Both the position numbers and the translations under genes were made by a program. DNA of 64,000 nucleotides from Phoronis australis (Eukaryota > Animalia > Phoronida), in the NCBI GenBank assembly GCA_002633005.1, contig NMRA01000052.1, positions 857,235-921,234 on the forward strand, read 5' to 3'. Positions 12,601 to 24,456 of this stretch are shown here, piece after piece (positions within the stretch are counted from its first letter, which is position 1; every line of letters begins with the position of its first letter). The notes beneath the pieces are model-generated. The model was not told where the DNA came from. It worked only from the letters and a program-made list of their open reading frames with translations, and did not search any database.

Positions 12601-15600
12601 GACCTACATCATGTTGACCTACATCATGTTGACCTACATCAGTCGACACTAACATAATAGTCGTTGACAATGCTAGGTATGTTATTTTCCCTGTGATACA
12701 GTTTCCTACATTGTCGTATTGGGTTGTGTTCCCTGCTTCTTTCTTATGTTTTATATAATGCCACAACCTTGGTAGCGGTTACCTTTTATCACGTAAATGT
12801 TGGTGAGCAAAAACGTTCGACTGTCGATTACAGCATTCATTCGATGAATGCTAACCAATTGACCTGTCGCCAGGATTTTGAGTGACTGCTTAACTGACCA
12901 ATTAGAATGCAGCATTCTTGACACACCTTCGTTTCCATGCCACCATTTTACCCGACAAACAACGCGTGACCGGGTAAAATTTATTGTTTGTTTGTCGACA
13001 TGTCGCAAAGGGGCGGAGCTTGCGATGGGTCAATTGAGTCAAACTCGTGCGTTGTGGAAAGCGCTTCGTAACGCATCCCGAAATTTCACCATTTGGCGAC
13101 GCGGTAGCCTGAACGCTTTGATTTTTGGCGATTGCTTTTTGAGGTAAATCGCCAACAAAATCAAGATGGCGGACGAGTAAGTTGAGTACCATTATGAAAA
13201 CTCCTCACCGGTCGACATCGGGCAACTCGACCGGTTTGCTTACCTCGAAATCTGCCGGAATTGATCACTATTGTCGTTAATTAATTACATCGCCTGATCT
13301 GGGCTGTTGATGTTATCGTTCTTTAGATAACCAGACCCATCATAAACACACTTGGGCGAGACAATGGAGTTTTGAAAGTTTTGTTTTGAAAGTTTTTCAN
13401 NNNNNNNNNNNNNNNNNNNNNNNNNNNNNNNNNNNNNNNNNNNNNNNNNNNNNNNNNNNNNNNNNNNNNNNNNNNNNNNNNNNNNNNNNNNNNTGTCGCC
13501 AGGATTTTGAGTGACTGCTTAACTGACCAATTAGAATGCAGCATTCTTGACACACCTTCGTTTCCATGCCGCCATTTTACCCGACAAACAACGCGTGACC
13601 GGGTAAAATTTATTGTTTGTTTGTCGACATGTCGCAAAGGGGCGGAGCTTGCGATGGGTCAATTGAGTCAAACTCGTGCATTGTGGAAAGCGCTTCGTAA
13701 CGCATCCCGAAATTTCACCATTTGGCGACGCGGTAGCCTGAACGCTTTGATTTTTGGCGATTGCTTTTTGAGGTAAATCGCCAACAAAATCAAGATGGCG
13801 GACGAGTAAGTATTTTGTTTCAGCCTGTATACTTTATTGAGATTTCAAATTTTTTTTTAAGTAGTCTCCGACAGTCCGTAAAATGCGCTCCATGTCATTG
13901 TAGTGTAAATCTTGGGGCGGTGCTTGTGCACTTGCCTCATGAGCAAAGAAATGTCGAATAATGAGGAATTCTGTTAAGTTTGTTGAGTACCATTATGAAA
14001 ACTCCTCACCGGTCGACATCGGGCAACTCGACCGGTTTGCTTACCTCGAAATCTGCCGGAATTGATCACTATTGTCGTTAATTAATTACATCGCCTGATC
14101 TGGGCTGTTGATGTTATCGTTCTTTAGATAACCAGACCCATCATAAACACACTTGGGCGAGACAATGGAGTTTTGAAAGTTTTGTTTTGAAAGTTTTTCA
14201 GTAGCATATTTTTAAGAGTTCGTGAAAGTACACATGACTGGGTTTTTAAATTTTTGAAAAATTGGACGAGAAATGTGACTTTTACAACCTAAAACGTTTG
14301 TATAACGCTTGCATTATGTTTCTCATTAATTCTACTGGATGTGCAACATTATTGGACCAATTACCAAAAAGGCAGCAGTTGGATTTTGAGGCAAAGATAA
14401 GTGTCATCCTACAATTCATTGCATGATTAGCAAAATGTTCTAGGAGTGAGGCAAAATCATCTTGGCATTCGCCATATTGAATTTTTGAAAAGCGCGTGTA
14501 GAAAGCCGATCGTTCAATAGCGGCATCTATATCGTGGGACATTCAGGTGAAAGGGTCGCCTGTAATTTTGCTCGTAATTACGACGTAGACTTCGCTCGTT
14601 TTCACGACAATATTTGTTCGTCCATAATTACACTCGTAATCGTTATATCCAATGACAAACTGATTTTTAGGTCACGTGAGCTCCGAAGCAGATGTACGCT
14701 TGGTATTTTATGCTCCTGTTTTTTGCTTGTAATTTTACGCTTGAAAATTTATCCTCGCATTTTTGTGCATGTTGTCAGGTATTTAGAAGGTAAAATCTTA
14801 GGTGTAAAGTATATAAGTGTAAAAGATTGAAAAATATCGAAGACCGACTGATATTTTTGACTTGCTGCCCTAGCCATCCCAGGTATTTGAACATTGTCCG
14901 TTTTAGTACACAGACATCGGTGACCTTAAGTCGTGAATATAAGCATAATAAGCAGCTGATTTTCATACTACCCGATATCCGTTAGCAACTGCTCATGTGA
15001 TGTCATGTACATATATCAGCCTTCGTAAATATACGTGTTTTGCCAATCTTAATCATTGTTTGTCTCCGTAAGCAGAGTTTTTAAGCGGTCGCTGATATCG
15101 CCAGCCATTTTGAATGAGCCCCTAAAGTCGTTACCGTTTCGTTTAGACGGAAATGCACGAAGTATGACCACACAAATCAACTACAGTGCTTACAGTTACT
15201 CTAGACGACATCAAAACGCATTGCATTGTTTATTAATTCAGTTTCAATTGAAAAAAAAATGTTATATGTTTTGCACCCACTTTTGGTGTGCACAGACGTT
15301 TTCAACGAGGTTGTTCAAGTAAAACGCTGAGAACCCAGCATCGATTATCTCTCTGTATTTTACAGCCTTGGTACAAAGCTGTATATAAATATACAGCTTT
15401 GCACCGATGTGGGTAAAAAAGTCGTAAGATAAAATCTGACACAAAATTAGTGTCATTAAAAACTACAGTCTTCCTTGAGTAAACAAAATTATTTAACAGT
15501 GTTGGAAAAATGGCGTTCTGCCGTCATTCTGCTGCTAAAGTTGTGGAGCGATCTTTGGCGACGGCTTTCGGCGCCATTGGCCAGTTTCTTTTTTCGCCGA

Positions 15601-18600
15601 TTCTTCGATGAATATTTTCGTAAATATATCCTGAAAATGCACAAAAAAGTGGATTAGTGAAATCTGCTGTTTTTAAGATACATTTGAAAAAAGATGCTAC
15701 TCACTCACTGTTTATTATCATATTGTGAATACCAACACGTCCGGGTATTCGTTTGACGTTCGTAAGCAGACGAACGCTGGAAACTTCAACGCCAGACGTC
15801 GCGGGACCGTACAGAAGAGGAAAGAAGCTCGTTCACGACTTTAGGGCACTCACGACTTTAAGACCTCTGATGATATTAAAGTGGAAAAATGCACATTTAG
15901 CAGGTCTGACAATGTTTTAATTTTATTTGTTGAAATTATTATATTTTTTAATATCTAGGCGAAGTTTCATTCTCTTACTATTAGCAGTGCGTGCAGACGA
16001 TATTAGACATTGCAAAAACATAAGTTCAAAACCGTTTTCAATGGTTAGTATTGAACAATTTCTAAATGTTCATGGCAAATCACTCATTCTTTATTAAATA
16101 CATTTGAGTAACAAACAATTTGGACAAAAATATCAACTGAGTATTAGTTTAATGGCTGGTGGTCTCGTAGACTGGTATGAGCTAACGGCCCGCGGCGTGG
16201 GTGCAAGCAAAATATGAAAGTCAACCGACACTCACCTGCCGTTACACCCGTTTAAGTGCAAAACAATCTAATAAACGTCATTTTTTGCATAATTCTCCGC
16301 CTTTTGTAATAAAGAAAAGTCTGCGTTTTGAAAACAGTACGCTCGTGATACGCGCACGCGCTATTTCCCTCGCGAGGCTATTTTCTTTGTAGCATCTCTC
16401 GGGCGCATGGGGCAATGACGACAGCTTCGCAAGCCAAATTTGTTGTCAGAAATTTGGTTTGCTATTATTAAAATACTATAAACTTGTAACGAAATGAAAT
16501 CAGTTCCGGTAATATGCTGTGACATGTACACAACCTCGTTGAAGAAGAACAGTTGATCGTAGAATCGGGGAAAAAAGAAACTGGCCAATAGGTGACGTAA
16601 TACTTCTTGGCGCTGAAAGTCGACGCAAAAGATCGCTCCACAACTTTAGGAGCGAAATATTTGTAGAACGCCAATTTTCCAACACCTGAAAATAACTTAG
16701 TTTACTCACGGAAGAGTGTAGGTTTTAATGCTACTAATTTTGTGTCAGATTTTACTTGGTCTATTTTTACCCACATCGACGCAAAGCTGTATATTTAGTA
16801 TATAGCTTTGCACCAAGGCTGCGTATTTTTTCATTAACGCTTGTATTTTAGATATCAAAATTGTTCTTTTGGCACCTTATGCCTTAAAACACAAATTTAT
16901 AATTCAGCAAACTGGAAAATATGATTAACCTCGGCAAAACATGGACGTGACGTCGTGCAACGAAATTGCAAAAGAATTTCGATTAATTTAATTAGCAGTG
17001 GGTTTTCAGAAACCCATGTAATTTTCATATTTTTGCAAAAAGTACCAGTCCTCTGCTTAGGCGGCTGTAACTAATTCAGTGACCCCACTTTGTTTAGCAA
17101 AGACTAAAATACCAATATCAAATTAAACTAAAACCGTGTCAAATTGCCTACAACACCATTGTCAATCTCGTGGCACGTAAGCGGAAATTGTTTTTATGGG
17201 CACACTGTAAAAAATACGCCATTACTCAAACACCACAATGAAAGCACCACCCCTGAAGATCAAACTTTGCTGACCGGATAGCTGAGGACCATACGACTCT
17301 CAAGCGTGATGACGGCACGCAATTGCTTTTTGAGATAATTTGTTCTTTGAAGGTCTACACAACTGCCGCGATAATTCATTTTTGCTACCTAATGAATCTC
17401 AAACTGTCACCGACAATTTCAGAATTGTGACACATTTTTTAATTGCGATAGTTTGTGTCTAGCGAGGCCTATTCCAAGAAAATGACGGATTTAGGTTACT
17501 TAATCTTTAACTCGTTAGTTCCGTTCCAAGAAATCTATCTTAAGTTTCTCTTAAATTTCAAGCTTAAACTACCACTTGAACGATTATTTAAGTCAGTTTG
17601 ATGCCACAATATGTTGAGTTAATTGTTTTATTAAATTTCGCAGTGCACATTATAGCCATTGTACTTTTAATGCATAATCTTTTTAAAGATATTAAAATAT
17701 TTGAAATGCTCGGTCATCTCCCGTGCTGGTGTCGGCTTGTGACGCAAAATTATAACATGTTCTAAGGACCGAGTCGGATCGAAACAACGACTCACAAAAT
17801 AAAATTGCTTTAAAAATCTAAGCAACCAATCTTAGCGTCAATTACGATACGGTTTACATTTTTAGTATCGTGTTAATGGATTTTATACGTTCTAAGAACG
17901 CCCCTCGGGCGATAATTCTCCAAAATCCACGAGGGCTCTAGACAACGGGGGATAACGACTTCGCCATGTAATAATCTATATATATTCAGACCCAAGACAA
18001 TTAGTCTCGTGAAAAAGCACGGTCACGCTGGTATTCGCGAGAAATTACCATGCATCATTCCAGCGCCATCGGTAAAATGCCGGCAACGAAAGCCTCTATG
18101 TTTGGAGCAACTATGGCTGTAAATTGGTTCTTAGTAGAGATTAGTCGATTCCAATCTCCTCTGGCTCTCAGTTCGTGGTAAAATGATGTCTTTTAACTAC
18201 GGATTGAAGACTAGCCCTACCAAGTTGGCACACAATGATCACCTCCTCAATAAAATGTAATGCAGATGGCTCTCGGTAACGGCAGATTTGTGTTCCCCTA
18301 CACCACAGTGGTGTTAGTTCTCAGTAAATACGCAGCACTGACGCATTTTTAGAGAGAAAGTAAATTACTAACAAGCAAATCAGCGCATTAAGATTCCAAC
18401 TAAGGAAATCAATACACTTATTAAGTGACTTAATTTTTGTGCTTAGCAGTCAGAACGAGACTATTTGATTACGCACGACAAATGAATGACAAAATGAACT
18501 TTTTAAAATCAGTTGCTTAGATCAGCCTCCAAAATCATCAAATGTGTACTTTGTGTGCTTGGTATAAAAAACATGTCGAATTGAGTATTTCACCAATGTG

Positions 18601-21011
18601 TGTTGAATAACGAATATATTGGGGATGTGAGTTTAACTGCTTTGGAAAATAAAAGAATTTTAACTGGTTAGCTTTTTTAAGTTCATTTCTACGGCTTTAC
18701 GTTCATTTTATCTTTTTAACAGTTTGCTGTGGGAAATTCAAAAATGAAATATACTCACACTGAGACGCTTGTTTATTAGATGTTCATCTTTGCGAAGCAC
18801 CGTTTAGGCAAAGATTCTCGTAATAACAACAGAGAATCTGTTGTATAGCCTATAAAAGGGTGTTGAAAAGGTGATTAAGTGCTAAGTGTTGATTAAATTC
18901 AGAGTAGTCTTTCTAAATCAGTTTTTAACCTTAGCTCTTACACGTAGACGTTCATATAGACTGTCTCTTGGTCTGTGCATCAGTATTAAGGAAAATGCAT
19001 TAATAATCAAAAGGATTGCCGTTTATTTTATACTTTTATACTGATAGCACGTGCATATTTTTGTTTCGAACCCCCTTTCTCCCAGTCTGCTCGTATCAAC
19101 CTTTTATTTGTCCGTCCTCATCGCATTTTTCTTTAATATTCCATTCATGTCAGGTGCTTTAAAACACGAAGCAATGTTGAAAGCCTAAGTCTAAAGGAAC
19201 TGCAAGAGGTAGGAGAGTCGCTCGCCAACTTACTCGAAAGTTTTGGCGGCAGTAAAATGGGATTCAAAATGCAGGCAGACGACTCTGACAGTTTCGTTGT
19301 GGTGTCGCCGTCCTTTCCGTGCGTCGGCATTGACAATCAACCAGACCTAAACGTGCAGTGTGATGTCGGCTTTTGTGACGAGAGCAACATGAAGTACTGC
19401 AACGCTTTGGTAAGTGCAGTGCAGCCCTACTCAGGAGTTAATTCAACTGCCGGTGTTCTGTCCTCGGATGCAGGGGTCTGGTTGTCAAAAATGTGCCCTT
19501 TGTATTTCCTTCGACGCTGAGATGAATAGCGTCTAGCTTCTTTGGCAAGGAACCCAGTTATAAATAAAGCTGTCGAAAAGTGAATAACGTTGATTGCGCC
19601 TGCGTATAGAGGGACAACATTGATGCTTCTTCGTGTAACATGGACTCCAAAATATAAAGTCAGATTTTACACTGAACATGCTCGTACTACTTATGTGGTG
19701 TCACACTTCCTGAGACAGGTCTCCCACACAGTGAAGTGTTATGTCACGGACTGTTCATTAGTTGTAACTGCAAACAAACGCTCAAATGAATGCTTCTGCG
19801 CACACTTTTGAAAAAGGCGACACATGTTACTAAAATGGTCGTACTGGCCACAGACCGTATGTTATAGTCTATGGTACGTGCAAGCAACACGTCGAGGAAC
19901 AAATGGAAAATTGTTTTGTCTGTACCATAATTTTGCACTGCCAACCGTTCGTGGCCCTCACGGACTAATACAGAGTAAACATTCTTCTTCCGTCACGCCT
20001 CTCTCACAATAGGGACTCCATTCTCTTCAGAGCTTTACAATAGGGTAAAATTTGCCCGCATGAAAATGCGCAGCTAGTGCTGTTCGCAAATTCATCATTG
20101 TTGGTTCTGCGTTTTTAGAACCAGTGCGGAGTGGAGGGAACGTTACCCGCAGGAAGACGAACTGTGACAATGGATTACAAAGCAAAATATACTGAAGGTG
20201 GTGAAGGTACGCAGGGAGGGCTAAGTATTTTGCACAACACTGTGATTGAAAAGTTTTTGTACATCACATTGCAATCAAGAAGACATTCGTAAAAGTAACA
20301 TAATGTAACTTATTAGTAAGTGTTTTGATCTTCGCTTAGGCATGTGACAGAGAAAGTAAACACGTCCAGCGTCATCGACCGGCTGGGACTGTTCTCTTGT
20401 TATGCGGGAGAATGAAACACTCCCGTTGAAGCTGCACGTCCTTCATCTAAATGTAAAACCAAGAATTGTTCTAATAAAACCTGTGAAAGTGGGCATTCCT
20501 TGTTGTAATAGTATCGGTTTCAACATTCAATTGTGTGCGACAATTTGCGATTAAAATGGACAAGTCAAACTCCGGGGTTCATTTCATGAAAAGTGCTTTA
20601 GATTTATATCTGAAATTTCATCTTCCGCTCCAAACAATCTTTTTTGAAAAATAAAATAATCATATCTCACCCCAGCAAAAGTACAGCCGTCTGTTGAAAT
20701 ATGCCCATGTAATTGCTGGTTGCTCAGATTATTTCCACACAATTTCTAAGCCGCGATGTCGTGACACTGACGTAGCATGACAACGTGCTAGAAAGTGAAA
20801 GTCAAATTCGTTCTTGTTTTGTGAATGAAATGTGTGTACTATTAAAACTCAGCCAAATATAAATTCCATATTGTATTGACATTTCATGACTTAGAAATAT
20901 TGTTCATATTTTACAGACAAAAAGGGCGGTGGCTCAACAGCTGCATGTGTACATTCGAGTCTGCCAACTTTAGTTATTACCTCACTGCTTATTGTTGCTG
21001 TAAACAATTAA
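1616..21011 (+). CDS. 5'-partial multi-exon gene: sushi/CCP (with internal mucin repeats) + S/T/P linker + ZP-C-like domain + GPI-signal-like C-terminus
   Basis: Phase-consistent exons 1616-3620 (phases 1/1), 9503-9716 (1/2), 12087-12202 (2/1), 12504-12585 (1/2), 19154-19409 (2/0), 20119-20206 (0/1), 20917-21011 (1/stop TAA), all GT-AG. The joined peptide includes 'LRMTLLNG...FRGIFVEECSVSP...TNRC...LNVQCDVGFCDESNMKYCNALNQC' (ZP-C cysteine pattern) and ends 'GGGSTAACVHSSLPTLVITSLLIVAVNN*'. The signal-peptide exon was not found in the window. Confidence 0.8.
1813..3370 (+). repeat. Coding tandem repeat, 108-bp (36-aa) unit, at least 12 copies, spanning an assembly gap
   Basis: 'caacc'-type unit starts at 1813, 1921, 2029, 2137, 2245, 2353, 2461 and at 2714, 2822, 2930, 3038, 3146, 3254, 3362. 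N gap at 2483-2667. Confidence 0.97.
4438..4582. mobile_element. Short MITE (about 145 bp), dispersed family
   Basis: Terminal inverted repeats cctgggtagagtt...aactctaccctgg. The internal 'gctaaaaagca...gtgattttgg' sequence recurs at ~33241-33385 and 51685-51826. Confidence 0.7.
5462..5732. mobile_element. Probable MITE
   Basis: Inverted termini catagactatag...ctataatctatg. Confidence 0.45.
5828..8186 (-). mobile_element. TIR DNA transposon remnant (~2.3 kb) with a decayed ORF including a YqaJ-like nuclease N-terminus
   Basis: Inverted repeats 5877-5938 vs 8102-8168 (ttcacggt..acctgtactacgt.tttggac.ggtcatgagga), plus inner IRs near 6297-6311 and 7714-7727. Frameshifted - strand peptides: 'NIAF...TMRYSNDIVKFWRIGYKPFHGK', 'SKINFAVP', 'GDIDLFDYEDEPHL', 'SRTPSFWSGIRLQSHLT'. 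Confidence 0.7.
8901..9057. mobile_element. Short palindromic MITE
   Basis: Termini ctgggcccagttgcataaaagtta...taactttt...tgcaactcagccctgg are inverted. Confidence 0.6.
10150..10424 (+). mobile_element. MITE with CATGCGCGCACCCA-type TIRs and 5-bp TSD
   Basis: catgagcgtatcca...tgggtgcgcgcatg flanked by tactt/tactt. Internal sequence is shared with 21766-22002 and 41854-42122. Confidence 0.8.
12596..12640. repeat. 15-bp tandem repeat x3 (atgttgacctacatc)
   Basis: Directly visible at the start of an intron. Confidence 0.9.
12865..14200. repeat. Near-identical direct duplication flanking an N gap (probable haplotype/assembly duplication)
   Basis: 12865-13399 matches 13494-14200 apart from two substitutions seen and a 172-bp extra segment (13810-13981). 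Both copies abut the gap 13400-13493. Confidence 0.85.
15363..16821. mobile_element. Non-autonomous DNA transposon with ~250-bp diverged terminal inverted repeats
   Basis: 15363-15610 (cagccttggtacaaagctgtata...) is the reverse complement of ~16555-16821 (...tatagctttgcaccaaggctg). TA on the left flank suggests a Tc1/mariner-like target. Confidence 0.75.
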
Positions 21012-21069
21012 ATGCAGATTTGGCGTCGAGTTCTCTCGCGTGACCTTATTGGTCGAACAGGGAGAGAGT

Positions 21070-22520
21070 GTCATCAAGTTTTACATTTCGTTCTAATTAG
21101 CCGAGTTTTATAAAGTAATATGACGGGAGTAAGCAACACACTGATCAAGATGAACAGCGTCCTGTCTCCATCAGTTGAGATAGAGCCTGTATGTTATGAC
21201 GTGTGTCCTTGAAGTTTTACGTTTTGTCCTAATTAGCCGAGTTTTGTAAAATAATATGAGTGGAGTAAGCAACACACTGATCAAGATGAACAGCGTTCTG
21301 TCTCCATCAGTTGAGATAGAGCCTGTATGTTATGACGTGTGACTTTTAAGTCTTAATTTTTGTTTCAATTGGGCGAGTCTTGTAAAGTAACATGAGTGGA
21401 GTAATGAACACTGTGATGAACGGTGTTCTGTCTCCGTCATCAGGTGAGATAGAACCTCGTGTGTTATGACGTGTGACTTTTAAGTCTTACATTTTGTTTC
21501 AATTAGCCGAGTCTTGTAAAGCAACATGAGTGCAGTAATTAACACAGTGATGAACGTTGTTCTGTCTCCGTCTGTCAGTTGAGATAGAACCTGCATGTTA
21601 TGACGTGTGTCCTTGAAGTTTTACGTTTTGTCCTAATTAGCCGAGTTTTGTAAAGTAATATGTGTAAGTAATATGAGTGGAGTAAGCAACACACTGATTA
21701 AGATGAACAGCATTCTGTCTCCGTCATTAGTTGAGATAGAATCTGTATGTTATGACGTGTGACTACATGCGCGCACCCAGGAAGGGCGTTCGAGCCCCCA
21801 CCCATTTGGCGAAGTGGGTAAGTAAAAAGGTCCGCCTCAGAGAAACAAAAAGTCCGAGAAAACGAGACAAAAGGCGCAGACGCACAGTTCACGGACCTGA
21901 AGGTGATACCCCGTTGTTTTAGTCCTCCCGCTTTTTTTAGCAAAAGGTCCACTTTGTCGGAGATTCGAGCCTCCCCCCATATAAAGGGTGGGTGCGCGCA
22001 TGGACTATTAAGTTTTGCGTTTTGTTCTTAAACAGTGGTTTTCTAAACGACATCAACTGAAGTGCAGTTAAGGATCACACTGAAATTAGTTACAGCAACC
22101 TTCATTCTCTACCAGTTGGGGTTGAGTTATGACGTGCGAATCACTTAATGGAACACAGTACTGTGGCACTTTACTGCAGATGAACTTTCAAACGTGGGGA
22201 GTTGAGGCTCTCACCGGGCTAACTTGTGTCCCTTTAATGAATTTTTGTTACCGATTGTTGAGACACGTGCTCTCTCATTAGGTTTTATATTGTATAATAA
22301 ATTATTTATGGATCACGCTGAACGTCAAACGTGTTTTCGCTCAGATATCAAGTGACGTTAAGACGCGTGCCTTGATAATGTGTTGGTCATCAAGTTTTGG
22401 ATTTTGTTCCTTAATACCAACTAGTTAATTAAAGATCACATTGACGCAGCAAACTGGGTACTGCTTAACAGTAGATTACTGGCTTTTACCCATCGTTAGA
22501 TAACATTCCATCTATGACGT
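21070..22520. repeat. Diverged ~135-bp tandem array just downstream of the ZP-like gene stop codon
   Basis: Unit 'aagttttac...aattagccgagt...gtaagcaacacactga...agttgagatagagcctgtatgttatgacgtgt' at about 21076, 21212, 21347, 21482 and 21616. A MITE interrupts it at 21766, and more decayed units follow to ~22520. Confidence 0.85.
21766..22002 (+). mobile_element. MITE with 14-bp TIRs and 5-bp TSD
   Basis: catgcgcgcaccca...tgggtgcgcgcatg flanked by gacta (21761-21765) and gacta (22003-22007). Confidence 0.9.
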
Positions 22521-24456
22521 GTCATTTGATTAGTGTACTTGATATCATAGAGCTCCAGGGCTGGAATACCAAATTCGATGTGACGCTGGTGGGATTGCGC
22601 CGCGCATGCGTGGTTTTTGTTTGGATTTGTTTGTTTCAGTGTTGGTTCGTGCTTTGGGATTTAAGAGTCACATTATTAGAAAGACCTTCAGCAGTTCTTG
22701 GTGGTGTATGATTATACCATAAACGAAAGATGAATAATTTTAACTTATCAGTAATTATTTCGCGTACCTGACTGGTTTAAAATATTTTTTTATTCTAAGA
22801 ACCAAAAGTGTCGCCAGAATACGAAATATAACAGAGTGTAATTGTAAAATAAAAAAGAAATGAACCAGTGAGGCTACATAAATGACTAATTAAATCAGAA
22901 GGGAGATCATTTCAATGATTCATGATTTTTACCCTCTTAAGACAAAAGATTTTAGAATATGGACCTCACACAGTTGTCGGGCATTCATCCGAAATTATAC
23001 GTCTTTATATATTAATTGGACCTTCGGTGCCACTTGATACAGTTACATCTTCAGTAGAAATTCAGGACATCTGAAAGTGCGATGGACTAATTATTCCAAC
23101 TACTTTAACCAAAATTTGCCGATAAAGGCTTTCTAATTGATAAAAAGCGATCAAACAACTTTTGTGAGGCTCTGATATATTCCTTGGGTACCTCATTACA
23201 CTGGTTCAGTAGCGTGCAGAGATTTGGTGATTTTTTACTAGATGACCCCTTCTCTACTCAAATGCATGGTTCCTAGTAATAAGAATAGTGAAAAGATGAA
23301 ACATAAAATAGAAACTTTTTATTTGAATTAACTACAAACCAGTCACAATTCCAAAATGTTTATCCATGGTGATTGGATTCCTAACGATGGGGATGCCCGG
23401 AGTCGTCGCCCCGTCACCTCCCCCCCCCCCCCNATTCTGGAAAATAACAATATTCACGACAAAAAGACAATGTTTTTTACGTAGTGGTCAACATTCGAGA
23501 ATGAAAAAACGAGATTACTGGATTGAAAAGTGGGACTTCTGGATAAAGAGGACGTCTGGGTCTATGCTAAAACGCATGGATGAAATGTTCGCCGCAACCG
23601 TGACACACAAAAGTCGGTAGAAGTTACTCTCGTTTTGTTATATCAGTCACAAAATTGGAGCTTCTGATCGGCAGTCATCGAAAATACTAGTATACATAGG
23701 TAACGTAATCGGTCAATTTTTTGCAAAACAAGTACTATTTTATCGAACGGGAGAGGTACCATTCAGAAGTCGAATGAGAAATTGCAGGTGCCGTAAAAGC
23801 CCATGAAACGTCCGTTTTTTCTTTTTACTGGAACGGGAAACATGGCTTTGTCGCTTGAGAAATTGCAATGAAGATGTACGTATGTAGATTTCGCCGTATG
23901 TCAAAAAGCGGGACATTTTGATGGTGTGGTGAGAGGTTTGGAAAAAATTCAAAAAGTGGGATAGTCATCCAAGAGCGGGACGATTGGCGAGTACAATGTG
24001 CGTTGTCAGCAACACAAAGTACTGGATTGGATTCTTTTACAAGATAAACTTTTCATGTTAATAAATATTATTAGGTGCTGCAGATAACACTCACTTCTCA
24101 GACATGGAATTAACAAGAAAGTATCTGCGGAACAGGTAATTCTCATATAGTTAAACAACATATCGCAACAACTATTTAAAGTAGGAAGATTTATTTTTCA
24201 TCATTGTCGTATGAACACAAAGCACTATTTTCTTGCAATAAACAATATTTGACAAAAATTGCGGGAGTGGTGTTTCGGTCCGCGGGTGTCTTGTTCGTTC
24301 CTGTTTTTCAAGGTCGGGGTTTGTGTTTTTCGAGCTGAGTAGCTGACGGTGCGGAAGTCTGTTTTCGACCCGGGGATTTCGGTTTTACATCGGGGTTCCA
24401 ATTTCAATGGACCACCTTGATTTTAGCGGTTGAAAGTTCGCTTAACGGTAACACAT

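Noticed and set aside
12865-14200. Apparent tandem gene duplication (two near-identical 89-aa ORFs at 12878 and 13507)
   Set aside because: Both copies end exactly at an N gap and differ by about two SNPs and one indel, which is typical of uncollapsed haplotypes. The ORFs have no recognisable domain and lie in repeat-like intron DNA.
21070-21760. CRISPR-like array
   Set aside because: Eukaryotic context, whole ~135-bp units repeat with no unique spacers, and no cas genes.
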